A stretch of DNA of 64,000 nt, from positions 1-64,000 of IMG/VR virus record IMGVR_UViG_3300045988_126112. One strand, 5' to 3'. The position numbers were made by a program, and so were the translations under genes. Positions within the stretch are counted from its first letter, which is position 1; each line of letters opens with the position of its first letter. The notes beneath the pieces were generated by a model. The model saw only the letters and a program-made list of their open reading frames with translations. It was not told the DNA's origin and made no database searches. Shown one piece after another: positions 1 through 9,833 of the stretch. Origin of the DNA: a virus.

Positions 1-833
1 CAGGTTCTTCAACTGCAGGAGGTACTGCTACAGAGGCTGCTAAAACTACTGGTACATTGACATTACAAACTAATGGCACAAGTGCTGGAACATTTAATGG
101 TAGTGCCAATAAAACTATCAATATTACTGCTGCTGGTATAGGAGCTGCTGCTGCTAATCATACTCACTCTGGATATGCTTCTGTTTCACATACTCATTTA
201 TATGCTGCATCAAAAACTGCAGGTGGAGTAGCAACTGAAGCTGCACAAACTACTGGTACTTTAACAATACAAACTGATGGTGTAAGTGCTGCATCATTTA
301 ATGGTAGTGCTAATAAAACTATCAATATTACTGCTGCTAGTATAGGAGCTGCTACTAGTAGTCATACTCACTCTGGATATGCTTCTGCAAATCATAGTCA
401 TGGATTATTAAATTCTACTTTTGGTAAAGAATTAGCAAACACTACTTCTGGTGGATGGAGTTTATTAAATAATGACTATGATGGATTTTTATTAATGTCT
501 TTAAGAACTAATGCTAATGCTCCAAACTGGATATTAGGTAATTATAGTTCTGGAATAGCATTTGGTGGTTCTGATACTAAAGGTGTTATGTCTGTATCAT
601 ATTCATCTCCTTCAGTTAAATTTGCTGGTGGTAATGGTACAGCTCCAACATGGAATTTTGCTATAACTGGTAATAATGGTGCATCTTACGATATGAGTAA
701 TTTTGCTACAAATTCAGTAGTTTTTACTATACAAAATAATGTAGAAAGCATGCAAAGAGATGTAAATAACTTGAAAACTCAAATAGGAAATATAGATGAT
801 ATATTAGATAGTATAAATGGTGTATCATTATAG
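1..833 (+). CDS. tail fibre protein, C-terminal part (5' end outside window)
   Basis: Frame 3 is open from nt 3, and the track 'M' at 57 is an internal TTG. There are two 68-aa tandem units (TAGG.ATEAA.TTGTLT.QT.G.SA.FNGSANKTINITAA.IGAA..HTHSGYAS..H.H) with His-x-His motifs typical of fibre shafts. Confidence 0.7.
   Translation, partial: GSSTAGGTATEAAKTTGTLTLQTNGTSAGTFNGSANKTINITAAGIGAAAANHTHSGYASVSHTHLYAASKTAGGVATEAAQTTGTLTIQTDGVSAASFNGSANKTINITAASIGAATSSHTHSGYASANHSHGLLNSTFGKELANTTSGGWSLLNNDYDGFLLMSLRTNANAPNWILGNYSSGIAFGGSDTKGVMSVSYSSPSVKFAGGNGTAPTWNFAITGNNGASYDMSNFATNSVVFTIQNNVESMQRDVNNLKTQIGNIDDILDSINGVSL
12..400 (+). repeat. 204-bp (68-aa) in-frame tandem duplication inside the fibre gene
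   Basis: nt 12-40 actgcaggaggtactgctacagaggctgc recurs diverged at 216-244 actgcaggtggagtagcaactgaagctgc. Both units end in HTHSGYAS. Further copies may lie upstream of the window. Confidence 0.8.
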
Positions 834-844
834 GAGGTGATATA

Positions 845-1972
845 ATGGCAACAGCAGATAAATTACAAAATATTATAGATACAAAAATAGGTTTAGGGTC
901 TGTTATAGAAGATAATGGAGGAACGATACCTAATTTATTTTCATATTATCCATCTACATTGGATAATATAATTGATAATATAAAAGGTCTGATGATAATA
1001 ATGGATACTATTGTTATTAATAAAGACACAACTGAATATCAATTAAATTTATTTTTTGAAAATTTACCAGAAGCTGGTTCTTATACAGCATTGACTAAAG
1101 TAATAACAATAGGTAGTGGTATTAATGTTAGAGATGGTGGCTCAACTTCAGGAACAAATAGTATAGGTAAGGTTGGAGTAGGTGATGTTATACCAATATT
1201 GGGAACAGCATCATCAGGATTTTATAGAATAAATAGATATAGATATGGTACTACATCTGCCGCATATAGTAATCCACTTAAAACTTATAATAATAATTCA
1301 GCATATATATCTAATAGAGTTTCTGATAATGTTGTATCTAATAAACAATATCCTATGAAAGAAATTGATATTAGTAATCTTCCTACATCTATTCAACAAA
1401 GCTGTAATTATAAAATAGCTGAATCTAAAGGCTGGGTAGTAAAATTCTCTACTGGTTCTGGAACTAACTCAGGACAAATTACTTCTACTACTATATATAG
1501 ATTTAATGATTGCTATACTGATAATTATTCTAATAGTAGTTATAGCCATAAAGTGGGTACTAATAGTTCAGTAATACGTCAAGGTTATTGGTCTGGATAT
1601 TATTATTATAAAGGAAATATAAGATTTACAAAAAGTAGATTATCTGAAGTAAAAGCAGTATTAAATAATTCAACAGTAACAAAAATGGAGTTATATTTAC
1701 AGAGAGATGATAGTGAACATGGTGGTCCATCTGGTGCAACAATCTGTTTATATGCTTGTGATAGTTCTGGTTCTTATTCAGATTATGCTATTTCTACTTC
1801 AGCAACTTTAACTAGAGGTGGTTCTACATGGATTACTCTTCCAGATGCAGTAAAAAATGGATTTGCTTCAGGTAAATATGACCATTTTAAAGTATATAAA
1901 AGTAGTACGTCTATGTCATATTATATAGTATATAAAACCAATGCTAAATTAAGATTAACATATACGACTTAA
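845..1972 (+). CDS. fibre-associated / receptor-binding protein candidate
   Basis: SD taggaggtg precedes the ATG. It has an SH3-like segment (GINVRDGGS..GKVGVGDVIPILG..GFYRINRY). The C-terminal ~130 aa are alignable to the C-terminus of the next gene (QGYWSG/EGTWSG; VTKMELYLQR/VTKIVVTVTR). Confidence 0.5.
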   Translation: MATADKLQNIIDTKIGLGSVIEDNGGTIPNLFSYYPSTLDNIIDNIKGLMIIMDTIVINKDTTEYQLNLFFENLPEAGSYTALTKVITIGSGINVRDGGSTSGTNSIGKVGVGDVIPILGTASSGFYRINRYRYGTTSAAYSNPLKTYNNNSAYISNRVSDNVVSNKQYPMKEIDISNLPTSIQQSCNYKIAESKGWVVKFSTGSGTNSGQITSTTIYRFNDCYTDNYSNSSYSHKVGTNSSVIRQGYWSGYYYYKGNIRFTKSRLSEVKAVLNNSTVTKMELYLQRDDSEHGGPSGATICLYACDSSGSYSDYAISTSATLTRGGSTWITLPDAVKNGFASGKYDHFKVYKSSTSMSYYIVYKTNAKLRLTYTT

Positions 1973-1992
1973 AATAATAAGGAGGTAATTAT

Positions 1993-4900
1993 ATGAATGA
2001 TTTAGAATTAGTTAGAAAGGTTAAAAATTCAGCATCATTAGACTCTCCAGAATTTACAGGTGTTCCAAAAACACCTACTCCTTCTGGGAGTGTAACTAAT
2101 CAAATAGTGAATGTTGAATATCTTAATAAAAGAATTACGGAATCTGGTGCTGGAGGAGGAAGTTCAGTAGATTTAAGTGGCTATGCTAAATTAGCATCTC
2201 CAGAATTTACAGGTGTACCAAAAGCACCAACAGCTTCTGGAAGTGTGCCTAATCAATTAGTGAATGTTGAATATCTTAATAAAAGAATTACTGAGTCTGG
2301 TGGAGGTTCAGGAGGTGGAGGAACATCAATAGATTTAAGTGCTTATGCTAAATTAGCATCACCACAATTTACTGGAGTTCCAACTGTACCAACACCAGAT
2401 AGTCAAAATCAATTACAAGTAACAAATGTTAAATTTGTTTCTGGGCAAGTAGATACTTTAACTGAAGTATTTACTAATAAAATGACTGAATTACAAAAGA
2501 AAATTGATAATATACAATCAGTTGGAGTTGATGTAGAAAAACTTAAACAAGAAATTATCAAGGAATTAAAACCTAATATAAGTAGTGATGTAGTAAAACA
2601 ATTACAAAGTGAAACAGTTAAAATATCTTTTTCTGATTTAGATAGTAATCAAAACAATATACTTAATCAAATAAATGCTGTAATAAAAATAATTGATGAT
2701 GCAATAAAAGCATCAAATGGTTCTTTTGTTAATACATTAACAGCATATAAATCAGAATTGGTTAGTAAAAGAGACCAATTAGTTAAACTATATAATCAAG
2801 CTAAAGCTGCATATGATGTTTGCTGTGAAAATAACAATACATCAAATTATGCAGATTTTACTCATAAATTAAAATTATGGGATGAATATGCTGGTGAAGT
2901 ATTAGGATACTGTCAATCTGTATTAAGTAAATTTAACGGATTATTAGTTGGTTTAAAAGCAGATGCTACTCAAGATGCTATATTTAAATTATTAACTAAT
3001 AATGGTGAAGTTCAAGGTATATATTATGCAGATGTAACAGATTCTACTACTGGAAGAACAACTAGACAATTATTTATAAATGGTGAATATGCTCAATTAA
3101 GAGGAGCTTGTGTAAAAGATACTGCTGAACAAGATACGTTTAGAGTTACTAAATCTGGTAATGTAATAATAAATGCTACTGAATTTAGTTTAAAAGGTAA
3201 ATCTATAAATAGTTTAGTTAAAGAAGGTATATCAAATGATACTACAATTAAAGATACTATAGACAAAGCTACATCTGGTATGCAAACAACTTTAAATAAA
3301 TTAACTCAAGATGTAGATAGATTGGATGGGCAAATAGGTAATGTTGCTGATACTGTTAAAAATGCTATAGCTGATGATATAATTACTGAAGCTGAAGAAA
3401 AAGCTTTAGGTAAATTATTTAATGATATACAATCTAGACAAACAGCTGTATTAAAAGAAATAGATGCGGTATTAACTATATTAAATGCAGATATAAATAA
3501 AGGTAATGATAGAGTTTCAACTTCTATAGATGATAGAAATAATTTAAATATTTATAGAAATAGTGTTGTAAATGCATTCGCTTCAGTTAAAGAAAGTTAT
3601 ACTTATGCAACATCTTCTTCTACAAGTAATGCTAATAAAGTTAATTATTTTAAACAATTTGATACTAATGTAACAACTTTAAATACCTATGTTGGTACAG
3701 CTAGATCTTATTGCCAAACAGCAATGAATAATTTAATGAAGGGTACTACAGCTAAAAAATTATCAGCTGATAGAGAATCAGTATTTAATGCATTAACTGA
3801 AAATGGTACTATACAAGGTATAACAATGGTTGAAGATGCAGATACTGGTAAATCTCAATTATATATAAATGGTGAATATATACGTGCAGAAGACTTTAAA
3901 GCTGGTTCTTCAGTAGCAACACCAGATTTATATGTTGAAAGAATAAACTGTGTTAGAGTTCCTACAATGCTTGAAGAAGATACTACAGTATATGTAAATC
4001 CTTCATCTTACTCTGCAAATGATGATAATGAATTCGAAGAAGGTGCTGTATTTAAAACTTTCCAAGGTGCTTTAGATGCTTGCCCTGTAATATTAAATGG
4101 TAAATCTGCATATATTAGATTACAAACTAATATAACTGAAGATTTACTTATAAGAGGTATAAATGGAGGAACATTATATATTTATCTTGAAAATCATGAT
4201 ATAAGAGGTAATATAAAAATATGGGATTGCCATTCTATAATGATATATGGTGGTACTACTTATAATGAAGATAAATCATCTTCAGATAGACCAGTTATAA
4301 CTCCATATAAAATGGTACCAATAGATACTTATTATTATACAATATTTGCTGTAAGAACAAACTTTGTATATGTTAAAAATATTAATGTATATGGTAAAGT
4401 TGCTACATCTGATTCAGTATATACAAATGATGATAAAAACTTTGCTTTAGGAGCAGGTAGAGGTTCAATATTAAATGCTGCAAATGTTGGTGTAATAAAT
4501 AGTGATAATGGTTTACATGCTGTTAGAGGTGGTAAAATTATATCTCAAAACTGTGAAGGATATTGTACTAGATATGGATATTATAATTTATATGGTGGAC
4601 AAATTGATATTTGTTCTGGTACATTCAATTCTAGATATGTATATAATGCTGTTGGTGGTAAAGTTGCTAACTATAAAGCTAAAGATAAAGATATAATAAA
4701 TGTAGCAACAAATATGGTATTCAGTACTTCTGCATTATCTGTAAATAGTTCATTAAAAGGAAATTCTAGTATAACTAACTCTACTTCTTATTCACTTAAG
4801 AGTAATACTGGATATTCTTATAGAATTGCTGGTCCTTATAAAGGTTCTTGGTCAACAGATAACGTTGTTAGAGAAGGTACTTGGTCTGGTTCTACTAATA

Positions 4901-5292
4901 AAGGATTCTGGTTCTTTGGTAGCTTATTGAAAAATTTCAAAGGTAATAATGTTACTAAGATAGTAGTTACAGTTACAAGACAATCTGCTGGTAGCTATGG
5001 TTCATCTGTAACTATGCATTTAAGATATCATAATTTTGCAACTAAATCAGCTGCTGGTAATGCAGTATCTAGTACTTCTGTAGGTCCAGCTGTAAGTGAT
5101 TGGAGTTTAAGTTGTACTTGTAGAGCAGTTGGTAATGGATCAATTAATACATTTACATTAACATCTTCAAATGCTAGTGCTGCTTTAAGTGCTATTAAAT
5201 CAGGTACATTAGCAGGATTTGCTTTATATTCAACTGGAGCAAGTTATCAACAATATTCTCCAACTATGAAAGTTACTGTTTATTGTGATTAA
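1993..5292 (+). CDS. large tail fibre / tailspike protein (1099 aa)
   Basis: SD aaggaggt. The N-terminus carries three LASP(E/Q)FTGVP..PT repeats, a common fibre attachment motif, followed by Gly-rich linkers. Next come a long heptad-like middle and a beta-helix-like stretch (LLIRGINGGTLYIYLENHDIRGNIKIWDCHSIMIYGG). The C-terminal domain is shared with the 845-1972 gene. Confidence 0.75.
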   Translation: MNDLELVRKVKNSASLDSPEFTGVPKTPTPSGSVTNQIVNVEYLNKRITESGAGGGSSVDLSGYAKLASPEFTGVPKAPTASGSVPNQLVNVEYLNKRITESGGGSGGGGTSIDLSAYAKLASPQFTGVPTVPTPDSQNQLQVTNVKFVSGQVDTLTEVFTNKMTELQKKIDNIQSVGVDVEKLKQEIIKELKPNISSDVVKQLQSETVKISFSDLDSNQNNILNQINAVIKIIDDAIKASNGSFVNTLTAYKSELVSKRDQLVKLYNQAKAAYDVCCENNNTSNYADFTHKLKLWDEYAGEVLGYCQSVLSKFNGLLVGLKADATQDAIFKLLTNNGEVQGIYYADVTDSTTGRTTRQLFINGEYAQLRGACVKDTAEQDTFRVTKSGNVIINATEFSLKGKSINSLVKEGISNDTTIKDTIDKATSGMQTTLNKLTQDVDRLDGQIGNVADTVKNAIADDIITEAEEKALGKLFNDIQSRQTAVLKEIDAVLTILNADINKGNDRVSTSIDDRNNLNIYRNSVVNAFASVKESYTYATSSSTSNANKVNYFKQFDTNVTTLNTYVGTARSYCQTAMNNLMKGTTAKKLSADRESVFNALTENGTIQGITMVEDADTGKSQLYINGEYIRAEDFKAGSSVATPDLYVERINCVRVPTMLEEDTTVYVNPSSYSANDDNEFEEGAVFKTFQGALDACPVILNGKSAYIRLQTNITEDLLIRGINGGTLYIYLENHDIRGNIKIWDCHSIMIYGGTTYNEDKSSSDRPVITPYKMVPIDTYYYTIFAVRTNFVYVKNINVYGKVATSDSVYTNDDKNFALGAGRGSILNAANVGVINSDNGLHAVRGGKIISQNCEGYCTRYGYYNLYGGQIDICSGTFNSRYVYNAVGGKVANYKAKDKDIINVATNMVFSTSALSVNSSLKGNSSITNSTSYSLKSNTGYSYRIAGPYKGSWSTDNVVREGTWSGSTNKGFWFFGSLLKNFKGNNVTKIVVTVTRQSAGSYGSSVTMHLRYHNFATKSAAGNAVSSTSVGPAVSDWSLSCTCRAVGNGSINTFTLTSSNASAALSAIKSGTLAGFALYSTGASYQQYSPTMKVTVYCD
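2029..2420 (+). repeat. three in-frame ~156-162-bp repeats (52-54 aa) encoding SPxFTGVP...NVEYLNKRITESGGG units
   Basis: SPEFTG at aa 18, SPEFTG at aa 70 and SPQFTG at aa 124 of the 1993 ORF. The first two units are nearly identical through NVEYLNKRITESG. Confidence 0.8.
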
Positions 5293-5300
5293 TAGTATGT

Positions 5301-5332
5301 CTCCCAATGGTATTGTCCATTGGGAGCTTTTT
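5301..5332 (+). terminator. rho-independent terminator
   Basis: Stem ctcccaatgg (5301-5310) pairs with ccattgggag (5317-5326), followed by cttttt. Confidence 0.75.
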
Positions 5333-5364
5333 AACAATATTGTAAAAGGAGAGTGGTGCTAACC

Positions 5365-7518
5365 ATGATTAATAATAACGTAGTATATCAACAAAATGTA
5401 TATATAGACTTTGGTACACAAAATAAATCTTTTATAGATATGCATTTATTTTTAAAAGATATTGGTATAGTAAATAATGCTTTCTTTTTAGTATTAATGG
5501 ATCCAGATTTAGCTGGTGTTAATCCTAGGGATCCTAGATTGAATAGGATGATGAAACAGAAAATATTAAGAGAGTGTATTACTAATTATTATTATTTTAT
5601 AAGAGAAGCAGTAAGAATACCTGATAGTGGGGGTGCTGTTAACTCAGGGATTCCATATAAATTACACAGAGGAAACTTAGCTTTAAACTTTTGTTTAGTA
5701 TATAATTATAATATTAATATAGAATTGCCACGTCAACATGGTAAAACTATGGGAATATGCGTAAGAATATTATGGGAATTCTTATATGGAACAACAAACT
5801 CAGAAATGATGTTCTCTAATAAGAAACATTCAGATGCTAAAGACAACTTACAACGTCTAAAGAACTTAAGAGATGCTTTACCATCTTACTTACAAATGGC
5901 TGAGCAATACGGTATTGATGGTAAACGATTAAAAATTCGTGATAGTGTAGAAACATTATCAAATCCTTTAAATGGAAATAAAATAAGAACTATGCCAGGG
6001 GCTAGAAATAAAGTAAATGCAAACTCACTAGGTAGAGGTTGTACACAACCAAGACAATGGTATGATGAATTTGCATTCATATTATTTAATAAAATTATAT
6101 ATCAATCTGCAACTCCTGCATATAAAACAGCATCTATGAATGCTAAAAAGAATGGAGCTCCTTATGGTATTATTATGTCTACAACTCCTGGTGACATGAC
6201 TACTGACCAAGGATTATATGCATTCCATGTTAAAGAAAATGCTACTCCATTTAGTGAAACTTGGTATGATATGGATAAATCTGAGATAGATGCTTTACTA
6301 TCAAAGAATACTAACTCTGTATTTGTATATATAAGATTTACTTATCAACAATTAGGTTCAGGAGAAGACTATTTTAAAGAAATGGTTATAGAATTAGGTA
6401 AAGACTGGGCAGTAATTCGTCGTGAAGTTTTACTTGAATGGTCTACGAGTTCCGAAAATTCTCCATTTAAGAAAGAAGATTTGGAAAGAGTTAAGTTATA
6501 TATTAAACAACCAATAAAAACTATAACTTTATGTAGATTCTTTAACTTTAATATCTATAAAGAAATGGATAGAAGACATGTTCCTATAATTGGAGTCGAC
6601 GTTTCTGGTGGTTATAATCAAGATAGTTCTGCTGTAACCATAATAGATTCATATACTACAGAAGTAGTAGCAGACTTTAACTGTAACTTTATCTCGATTG
6701 GTGATTTAACTAGAGTTATTTACGAACTGGTGACTAAGTTTATGCCTATGGCAGTTGTAAACGTTGAACGTAATGGTGGATTCGGTGCAACAGTAGTTAG
6801 TGAATTATTGAAAACTAGAATCAAACGTAACTTATACTTTGAAATTAAAGATAGAGTAGTAGAAGAACGTTTCAACGGTATGCATATAGCTAGAACTAAA
6901 CAAAAAACAAAAGTATATGGATTAGATTCAAGTAAAAATATAAGAAACTTATTAATGGAAATACTTAGAGAAAGAATGGAATATCATAAAGATAAATTTG
7001 TTTCTCCAATAATATATTCTGAATTAGAAACTCTTGAAGTTAAACGTAATGGTAAGATTGAACATGCTTCAAATGGACACGATGACCAAATATTCTCATA
7101 CTTAATTGCTTTATATGTATGGTATTATGGTAAGAATGTTATGGAAACTTGGAACATACAAAAACAATCCATAAGAACTGACCAAGATGCTGATGAAGGA
7201 ATAATAAGTTTAGAAGAACAATATGATGATATCTTTGAAGATGTCATGATTGATGAATATAATGACCCAAATGATGTTAAAGGACAATTAGATTACTTAA
7301 ATCAAACTAAAGCTGTATCATATGAACAATCATTAATTAATCAACAAATGCAAGATGAACAAGCTTTGCATATGCTAATACAAAATAATCCATTAGCAAA
7401 GAAAGCATTTGAAAATAAATATGGTATGGAATATGAAAATAATAATTTCGGTAATTATACTATACCAAATAGTGTATTTATGAACTTTAATAATTTTGAT
7501 GATAAAGACATAGGATAA
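5365..7518 (+). CDS. terL: terminase large subunit
   Basis: ATPase Walker A-like ELPRQHGKT and Walker B-like WYDEFAF. The nuclease half has GVDVSGGYNQDSSAVTIID and GHDDQIFSYLIA. The ATG at 5365 is preferred over the track GTG at 5353, which overlaps the SD aaaggagag. Confidence 0.85.
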   Translation: MINNNVVYQQNVYIDFGTQNKSFIDMHLFLKDIGIVNNAFFLVLMDPDLAGVNPRDPRLNRMMKQKILRECITNYYYFIREAVRIPDSGGAVNSGIPYKLHRGNLALNFCLVYNYNINIELPRQHGKTMGICVRILWEFLYGTTNSEMMFSNKKHSDAKDNLQRLKNLRDALPSYLQMAEQYGIDGKRLKIRDSVETLSNPLNGNKIRTMPGARNKVNANSLGRGCTQPRQWYDEFAFILFNKIIYQSATPAYKTASMNAKKNGAPYGIIMSTTPGDMTTDQGLYAFHVKENATPFSETWYDMDKSEIDALLSKNTNSVFVYIRFTYQQLGSGEDYFKEMVIELGKDWAVIRREVLLEWSTSSENSPFKKEDLERVKLYIKQPIKTITLCRFFNFNIYKEMDRRHVPIIGVDVSGGYNQDSSAVTIIDSYTTEVVADFNCNFISIGDLTRVIYELVTKFMPMAVVNVERNGGFGATVVSELLKTRIKRNLYFEIKDRVVEERFNGMHIARTKQKTKVYGLDSSKNIRNLLMEILRERMEYHKDKFVSPIIYSELETLEVKRNGKIEHASNGHDDQIFSYLIALYVWYYGKNVMETWNIQKQSIRTDQDADEGIISLEEQYDDIFEDVMIDEYNDPNDVKGQLDYLNQTKAVSYEQSLINQQMQDEQALHMLIQNNPLAKKAFENKYGMEYENNNFGNYTIPNSVFMNFNNFDDKDIG

Positions 7519-7523
7519 AAAAT

Positions 7524-7553
7524 AAACCCAAGGGATTTCTCCCTTGGGTTTTT
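7524..7553. terminator. bidirectional terminator between convergent genes
   Basis: A 12-bp stem aaacccaaggga/tcccttgggttt with loop tttc, flanked by an A-run upstream and a T-run downstream. Confidence 0.8.
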
Positions 7554-7554
7554 A

Positions 7555-8247
7555 CTAATCTAATATTCTATATATTTCACTCATTATAGATTTAGCTTTA
7601 TCTATTTTTTCTTGTTTGAAAGCTATGCAATCATTAAGAGTATTATTAGCTTTTTCCATTTCTTCTATTCTGTCATTCTTTTCATCAATCATAGTATTAA
7701 GCTCTGCAATTTCTTTTTCTTTACTTTCAATTGTACATTTTAATTCTTTTATATTTGCAAGACTTTCATCATAATTATCATTAAGCTTTCTATTTATATC
7801 TACATACTCTTGAAGTTTTTCAGATAATAATTTTTGTTGGTCTAGATATATTTTTTCTTTATCTTCTAATTCTTCTATACGTTTAGATTTATTTTCTAAT
7901 TCTTCAGTAAGACCTACTATTAGTTCTTTATCTTTTTGTAATCGTTCTTCATATTGATTTTTTTGTGTTTCCAATTCAGCCATAGCTTCATTTGCTTTTT
8001 CTAAAGCATTCTTAGTCATTTGGTATTCATCTTTAAGATTAACAAATTGATCATTTGCACAACTTAGTCTATCTTCTAATTCTTTTATTTCTTCATGTAA
8101 AACATCTACATCTACAGAATTATCATCTATAGCTGTATCTAATTTCTCAGTAAGGACTTTTATTTGCTCTTTCATTTCCTCAATGCTAATTTGTATTTCA
8201 CTTTTCATATTATTGATTTTTATATCAGTTCTACTTAATATTGCCAT
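7555..8247 (-). CDS. coiled-coil protein, function unknown
   Basis: 230 aa, E/K/L/I-rich with heptad character throughout. SD aaggagga lies upstream on the minus strand. Confidence 0.75.
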   Translation of the reverse strand: MAILSRTDIKINNMKSEIQISIEEMKEQIKVLTEKLDTAIDDNSVDVDVLHEEIKELEDRLSCANDQFVNLKDEYQMTKNALEKANEAMAELETQKNQYEERLQKDKELIVGLTEELENKSKRIEELEDKEKIYLDQQKLLSEKLQEYVDINRKLNDNYDESLANIKELKCTIESKEKEIAELNTMIDEKNDRIEEMEKANNTLNDCIAFKQEKIDKAKSIMSEIYRILD

Positions 8248-8288
8248 AATATATTCCTCCTTAAAATTGAATTATTTTATTAGTTAAT

Positions 8289-8321
8289 CAAAAAATAAAT
8301 TACCCAGCCGAAACTGGGTAA
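8289..8321 (-). terminator. rho-independent terminator (minus strand)
   Basis: Stem ttacccag/ctgggtaa with loop ccgaaa. The minus strand continues tttattttttg. Confidence 0.7.
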
Positions 8322-8331
8322 TTTATATATA

Positions 8332-8646
8332 CTACCAAAGCATTATTGGATCATAATCATTTGTCCATTCATCAAATCCATTAGCTTTATCCCAACCTCC
8401 AGATTCAACAAAATGTCCATATTCTGCTTCTTTTAATGCTCTTGCAGATATTTGTTTTTCTTTTGCTGATTTTTCAATATCTGATTCATATCTATAGCCA
8501 AATTCATCTATCCAATATTCTTTAGCTATATCATCTGAAACTATCAATTCTTCATCTAAAGCTGAAGCTACATATTGAGCAATGTTTTCAGCCATTTCAT
8601 TTATTAATTTATTTTTACTTCTTAGTATTGTAGTATATTCTTGCAT
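8332..8646 (-). CDS. hypothetical protein
   Basis: 104-aa ORF with SD gggaggta upstream. No family recognised. Confidence 0.75.
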   Translation of the reverse strand: MQEYTTILRSKNKLINEMAENIAQYVASALDEELIVSDDIAKEYWIDEFGYRYESDIEKSAKEKQISARALKEAEYGHFVESGGWDKANGFDEWTNDYDPIMLW

Positions 8647-8660
8647 ATTAAATACCTCCC

Positions 8661-8954
8661 TTAATATAATTCATTTAAATTAACGTCTTCTATTCTATAA
8701 TAACAATTTATTTTAATTATCATCTCTGTATCTGTATCTTTATATAAATATCTTTTATATATTACATAGTCATCAGTATATTTATCGTCTTTATCCAACC
8801 AGATTTTTATATCTCTTTGCCAATCAGCTGGTTCTCCATATTGTTTGTTCGCCATATCTAATAATGCTTCTTTGGCTTTCTCTTCTGATTCAAATACTCC
8901 CATAAATTGATCTTGATGACAACAAGAATAAGTATTCATTATTAAAACTTTCAT
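8661..8954 (-). CDS. hypothetical protein
   Basis: 97-aa ORF with SD aaggagga. No family recognised. Confidence 0.75.
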   Translation of the reverse strand: MKVLIMNTYSCCHQDQFMGVFESEEKAKEALLDMANKQYGEPADWQRDIKIWLDKDDKYTDDYVIYKRYLYKDTDTEMIIKINCYYRIEDVNLNELY

Positions 8955-8975
8955 AATCTTTTCCTCCTTTAAATT

Positions 8976-9010
8976 TATAAAAAAATTACTCAGAGAGAAC
9001 TCTGAGTAAT
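8976..9010 (-). terminator. rho-independent terminator (minus strand)
   Basis: An 11-bp stem attactcagag/ctctgagtaat with loop agaa, followed by a T-run on the minus strand. Confidence 0.75.
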
Positions 9011-9023
9011 TCTTATGACTATA

Positions 9024-9794
9024 TTAATCATTATCTACTAAGAATATTCCTTTGCCTTCTATAGTATATAATTCATCACCAATGAATGTATAATTATCTA
9101 CAACCAATAATCCATAAGGATATTCTTCTTGGTCGTCTTTAAATATTGCATATTCTATTTTACCTTCTTTATCTTTATAATAAGTATCAGTAGTTGCTAT
9201 AGGCTCAGCATCTCTATTATAACAAATAAGAATATCCAAACTTGTATATACTATTGAATCTTCTTTATCTTGAATATTAGTAATACTTCTTTTTAATGTA
9301 TTGCCAGTATTAATAATTGTATTATTATCATCTATATACATTTTGTCTTTATAATAATCATTATGATATTGATGTATCAATCTATTTTGATTATCATATA
9401 CATTTCTTATATTATCTAGCTCTACTATTTTACCTTTCTCTAATGTAATTCTAAAGTTATTTTTTATGTCTTCTATAGAAGTATAATCTCCTCTATCTAC
9501 TGGTACCCATGTATCAGGTATTTCTTCAGTATCTATATGTCTATCAATACTATTAAAATACCATCCTTTATGTTTATCTTCTGATATATCATCTAAAGTA
9601 AAATTATTTAGACCAAATAAATCATCTTCAGTTAGACAATCTGTTTCATGTACGCCTGTTCCTATACATAATATATCATCTTCAGTAGCATGATCAGTTA
9701 TTTCCAATTGAAAATGTCTATTACTCTTTTTAGCATATTTATTTAATCCTTCTAAACTTCCAAAGTTTTCTTTTATTAATTGTTTTAATTCCAT
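9024..9794 (-). CDS. hypothetical protein
   Basis: 256-aa acidic ORF with SD aggaggag. No family recognised. Confidence 0.75.
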   Translation of the reverse strand: MELKQLIKENFGSLEGLNKYAKKSNRHFQLEITDHATEDDILCIGTGVHETDCLTEDDLFGLNNFTLDDISEDKHKGWYFNSIDRHIDTEEIPDTWVPVDRGDYTSIEDIKNNFRITLEKGKIVELDNIRNVYDNQNRLIHQYHNDYYKDKMYIDDNNTIINTGNTLKRSITNIQDKEDSIVYTSLDILICYNRDAEPIATTDTYYKDKEGKIEYAIFKDDQEEYPYGLLVVDNYTFIGDELYTIEGKGIFLVDND

Positions 9795-9803
9795 AATCTT
9801 CTC

Positions 9804-9825
9804 CTCCTAAAATTTATATAATATA
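9804..9825 (-). promoter_or_regulatory. conserved 22-nt leader (minus strand TATATTATATAAATTTTAGGAG): -10-like box fused to SD
   Basis: Identical 22-mer to 10397-10418. It lies immediately upstream of the 9024-9794 start codon. Confidence 0.5.
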
Positions 9826-9833
9826 ATTTATTA

